DNA of 64,000 nucleotides from Antedon mediterranea (Eukaryota; Animalia; Echinodermata): NCBI RefSeq assembly GCF_964355755.1, contig NC_092670.1, positions 30,244,388 through 30,308,387 of the forward strand, given 5' to 3'. Made by a program: the position numbers and the translations under genes. The notes beneath the pieces are model-generated. The model did no database searches. It was not told the DNA's origin and was given only the letters and a program-made list of their open reading frames with translations. Below, in pieces: positions 61,045-64,000 of the stretch (the first letter of the stretch is position 1; each line of letters begins with the position of its first letter).

Positions 61045-61215
61045 TAATGAGGTTATTTTTGCGATGTGTTTGTTTGTGCGTTTGTCTGTTAGCAGGATGA
61101 TGTCAGATCTGTTGAATCTTTACCGATTTTATTATAGATAGATATGGTCATAGAAGACTCCGTTCAATTTTGGAAGAAATCCGGATCAGGATTCCAATTC
61201 AGGACCAGGACAGCC
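61045..61215 (+). mobile_element. Helentron/DINE-like fragment
   Basis: GAGGTTATTTTT, (GTTT/GTCT)n, GTTAGCAGGAT, ATCCGGATCA layout. Confidence 0.4.
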
Positions 61216-61945
61216 AAACTGTGACTTTTTGTGTTCACGTGTGTAAATTACACAATTTTTATATAACAATAAACATAATACATTCAAAATATTGACTTAA
61301 CAGATCAATCACTTCATGGGCCATTTCGGAAAACCCAAATAAGTTGGATCATAAGTTCAAATACTATATATGACAATCCAATTTAAAGTGCCTAAAATTA
61401 TAAATATATTAAACTATTTTTTAAAATGATAACACAACAGTTGCAAAACACTATCTTAACATTCAATTTAAAGATGAATAATTAAAAATAATTGTATCAT
61501 TATGCAAACGTTTTTTTTTTTTTCACATGTAAAAGAACAATGTATACATATTAAGCAAGCACCTAACTATTCATCAAAACATTTTTGGTCAAATTATAAA
61601 AGTACTATCTAATTCGACTCTATTAGCACCTGGCCTTTACAAAACAAGACCTTACATTAATCATACACAGAAAAACATATTACAGCTATAAACACAACCC
61701 ATTGGTATTGTAGCCAATGCAACCAACAACAGAAAATGAAACCCTTAAACCTCGTTTAAACGTTTTTTTAAGTAAAAGCAAGTTATGATATAATTTTCTA
61801 AACATAATATAATATGTACATACTGATCTGGGTGTGGTAGTAATTTGGTAAAATGTGTTCATTGTTCATTGTAAATAATGGTTTCGTTTTGGGATTGTAA
61901 AGGAGATGGTAATTTTATACAAAATATAATTTTGTGAATCCAGTA

Positions 61946-62115
61946 TACACCATTCTGTTTATGGATTTATTGTTCGTCCTTTGTCTACCCATGGAGTAGT
62001 AAATAGTACTCCATGGTCTACCATCCCAAATACACCATTCTGTTTATGGATTTATTGTTAGTCCTTTGTCTACCCATGGAGTATTAAATAGTACTCCATG
62101 GTCTACCATCCCAAA
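61946..62115. repeat. 85-bp tandem duplication (2 copies) in the DNAJB6-like 3' region
   Basis: 61946-62030 and 62031-62115 differ at only 2 positions by eye. Confidence 0.92.
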
Positions 62116-62387
62116 TCAAAACCTTTTTTATAATAGTAATAGTATATGTCATTAAAACTGGATTTATTTTAATAATTATTTTTCTCTGTAACATTTACTA
62201 TTAATAAATTGATATTAGATCATCATTGTAGGCTTCTTAGATGTAAATTTCTCTTTAAATTGTTCATTTTTAATTCATTTTGAAATTCGAAATATATTTG
62301 ATTTGATTATTATAACCATGCTTAAAGCCCAAATTTATATGCAAATATGTAAGACACATGTGTATTATACAAATGGGATGCAAATGA

Positions 62388-62484
62388 TTAATATCCAAGT
62401 GCTTGTTGTTGACCATTGACAATTCTAGATTTCAAAACTCCATTTTCTTCAACTGTAATAGTTTCGTTACCATCTTGTATAACT
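62388..62484 (-). CDS. DNAJB6: DNAJB6/MRJ-like Hsp40, last coding exon (VIQDGNETITVEENGVLKSRIVNGQQQALGY*)
   Basis: Matches the C-terminal domain pattern VENGQE.VEVEEDG.LKS...NG; phase fits the previous exon. Confidence 0.87.
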
Positions 62485-63098
62485 CTGAATTAAAAGAGAA
62501 TACAAAACTTAGATTGGTGAGAAAAAAAAAAATCTTCATTCACAGTGGTGAGTGATAAACTATAAAACCCATGTGGTAGATTGAGTCATTGGTCATCAAT
62601 TTTTGGTGGGACTTTTAAACCAGATCCCTTACAGGGACCAAAGTTTCCATCATTTATTCATTCCATCATAAATAAACTGTATTTAATCAATTATCATAAT
62701 TAAATAAAATTAGACTAGAGTTATACAATTTTAATTTAAGTAGTTGTTTTTTTTCTTCTAAAGATTATTGTTGACACCTAAATGTATCATTGCAATTTGT
62801 TAATTTCATATTAAAAAATGTGCATTATTTTCTCCAATTTCAAAAGTATAAATAATATTGACATTAGCTTTTTTTAATCCTGAATATTGCTATGCTCTGC
62901 TCAAATATTTTATATTTATTGAATGGCTAAAATATTTTCAATCTTTCTATTCTGTCGTTGAAATTGGCATCGTTGAATAGAACAGTCAATCTTTCAACTC
63001 ATAAAATATTTTTCTCATTCAACCCACAAACATTCACTAGTGGGTATGGATAGTGACTGCTGTTAAACTGAAAAGCAGAAAAGAAAAATAAAGCATAC

Positions 63099-63212
63099 TT
63101 TGTAGTTTTAATTCTTTTTCCATTAACTGTCTTTATTGATGTTGAAGATGACCTTCGAGATCCGCCACTACCCACATTTCCAAATGAAGATGTACTTGAG
63201 AATGCTGAAAAG
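63099..63212 (-). CDS. DNAJB6: DNAJB6/MRJ-like Hsp40, penultimate coding exon (FSAFSSTSSFGNVGSGGSRRSSSTSIKTVNGKRIKTT)
   Basis: S/T-rich region and STS.K.VNG+KI.T motif of the DNAJB2/6/8 family; AG/GT boundaries. Confidence 0.85.
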
Positions 63213-64000
63213 CTATTTATGTAAAAAAAAAATCATTATGAAATGTCATTTTAAATATAAATTTTAGATAAATATTGTAAATGTATTTTAAAATAAAAAT
63301 TTCAATTAAAATTTGATGGTACAAATTCATTGATTTCGTCTTAAAGTTAAACAGCAGGAGTTTAAAGTTAAAAGAACAGAAAGTAAATTCTACTGTAGAA
63401 CATAAACCCCATACATTTATGTTTAGGTTTCTTGTAAATATAAATTACAGTATTTTTCACTTGGCACTTGGTTTGATGTAATGCAGTAATTTCTATTTTT
63501 TTTTACTCCGAGTGAATGTCTGTAATAGTTTGTGTCAATTAGATCAAGTTGCTATCTTTACATAGTGTGAATTAAAAGGAGCAGCTTGATCAGCATAATG
63601 TTTAAAGTTTATTTCAGCAGAAACTGGCCCTGAGCCTAACAATAATACATTTACACTTTACAGCAAACAAATCTGTTGTATTAGGTCTCTCCTTATTATT
63701 ATATAATCAAATAAAACATACCTTGAACCCATTCCTTGATTGTGAAATGAGCTGTCAAAACTAATGAAGCATGCAAAATAAGATGAGTTAGTAACATTAT
63801 TACAAAGCCATACAAAATCAGGACACAATTTGGGAGCTTCTTTCAATTTGCGACGACCAAGAAACAAGTTCAAGTTAATTCATTGTTCGCATGTGAGGAA
63901 GTTGGGAGGTGGTTCATCACACTCTATTCAGTTTGTTAATTTTTAGATCCATTGAAGGCATACAGGTGTCAATCAGCAGTTCTTAGATCGTCGCAAATCA

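Noticed and set aside
63658-63873. ORF as a further DNAJB6 exon
   Set aside because: No G/F-rich or J-domain similarity and no convincing splice sites.

Overview
AT-rich, intron-rich animal genomic DNA, probably a marine invertebrate or deuterostome (inferred, not established). The minus strand carries three spliced genes: the 5' half of an integrin beta gene (13 coding exons, about 424 aa, continuing past position 1), a complete 7-exon divergent 9-cysteine TGF-beta/activin-family ligand gene (about 422 aa), and the last two coding exons of a DNAJB6/MRJ-like chaperone. Between the last two lies a ~20 kb tandem array of tRNA-Pro genes and pseudogenes (AGG/CGG/TGG, period about 155-160 bp, roughly 125-130 units estimated from length), organised into higher-order repeats and containing anticodon-switched copies. 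It is followed by a 5'-truncated, decayed Tx1/L1-clade LINE with a 13-bp TSD. Inside that LINE sits an antisense ~530-bp non-coding retroposon with a structured, non-tRNA 5' head and a 3' terminus like the LINE's. Introns hold a 5S rRNA-tRNA chimeric SINE, other SINE/LINE fragments, Harbinger/Kolobok/foldback-type elements, a degenerate hammerhead motif and many probable transposon excision footprints. Coordinates were read by eye and may be off by a few bases; most short ORFs in the track are not real genes.
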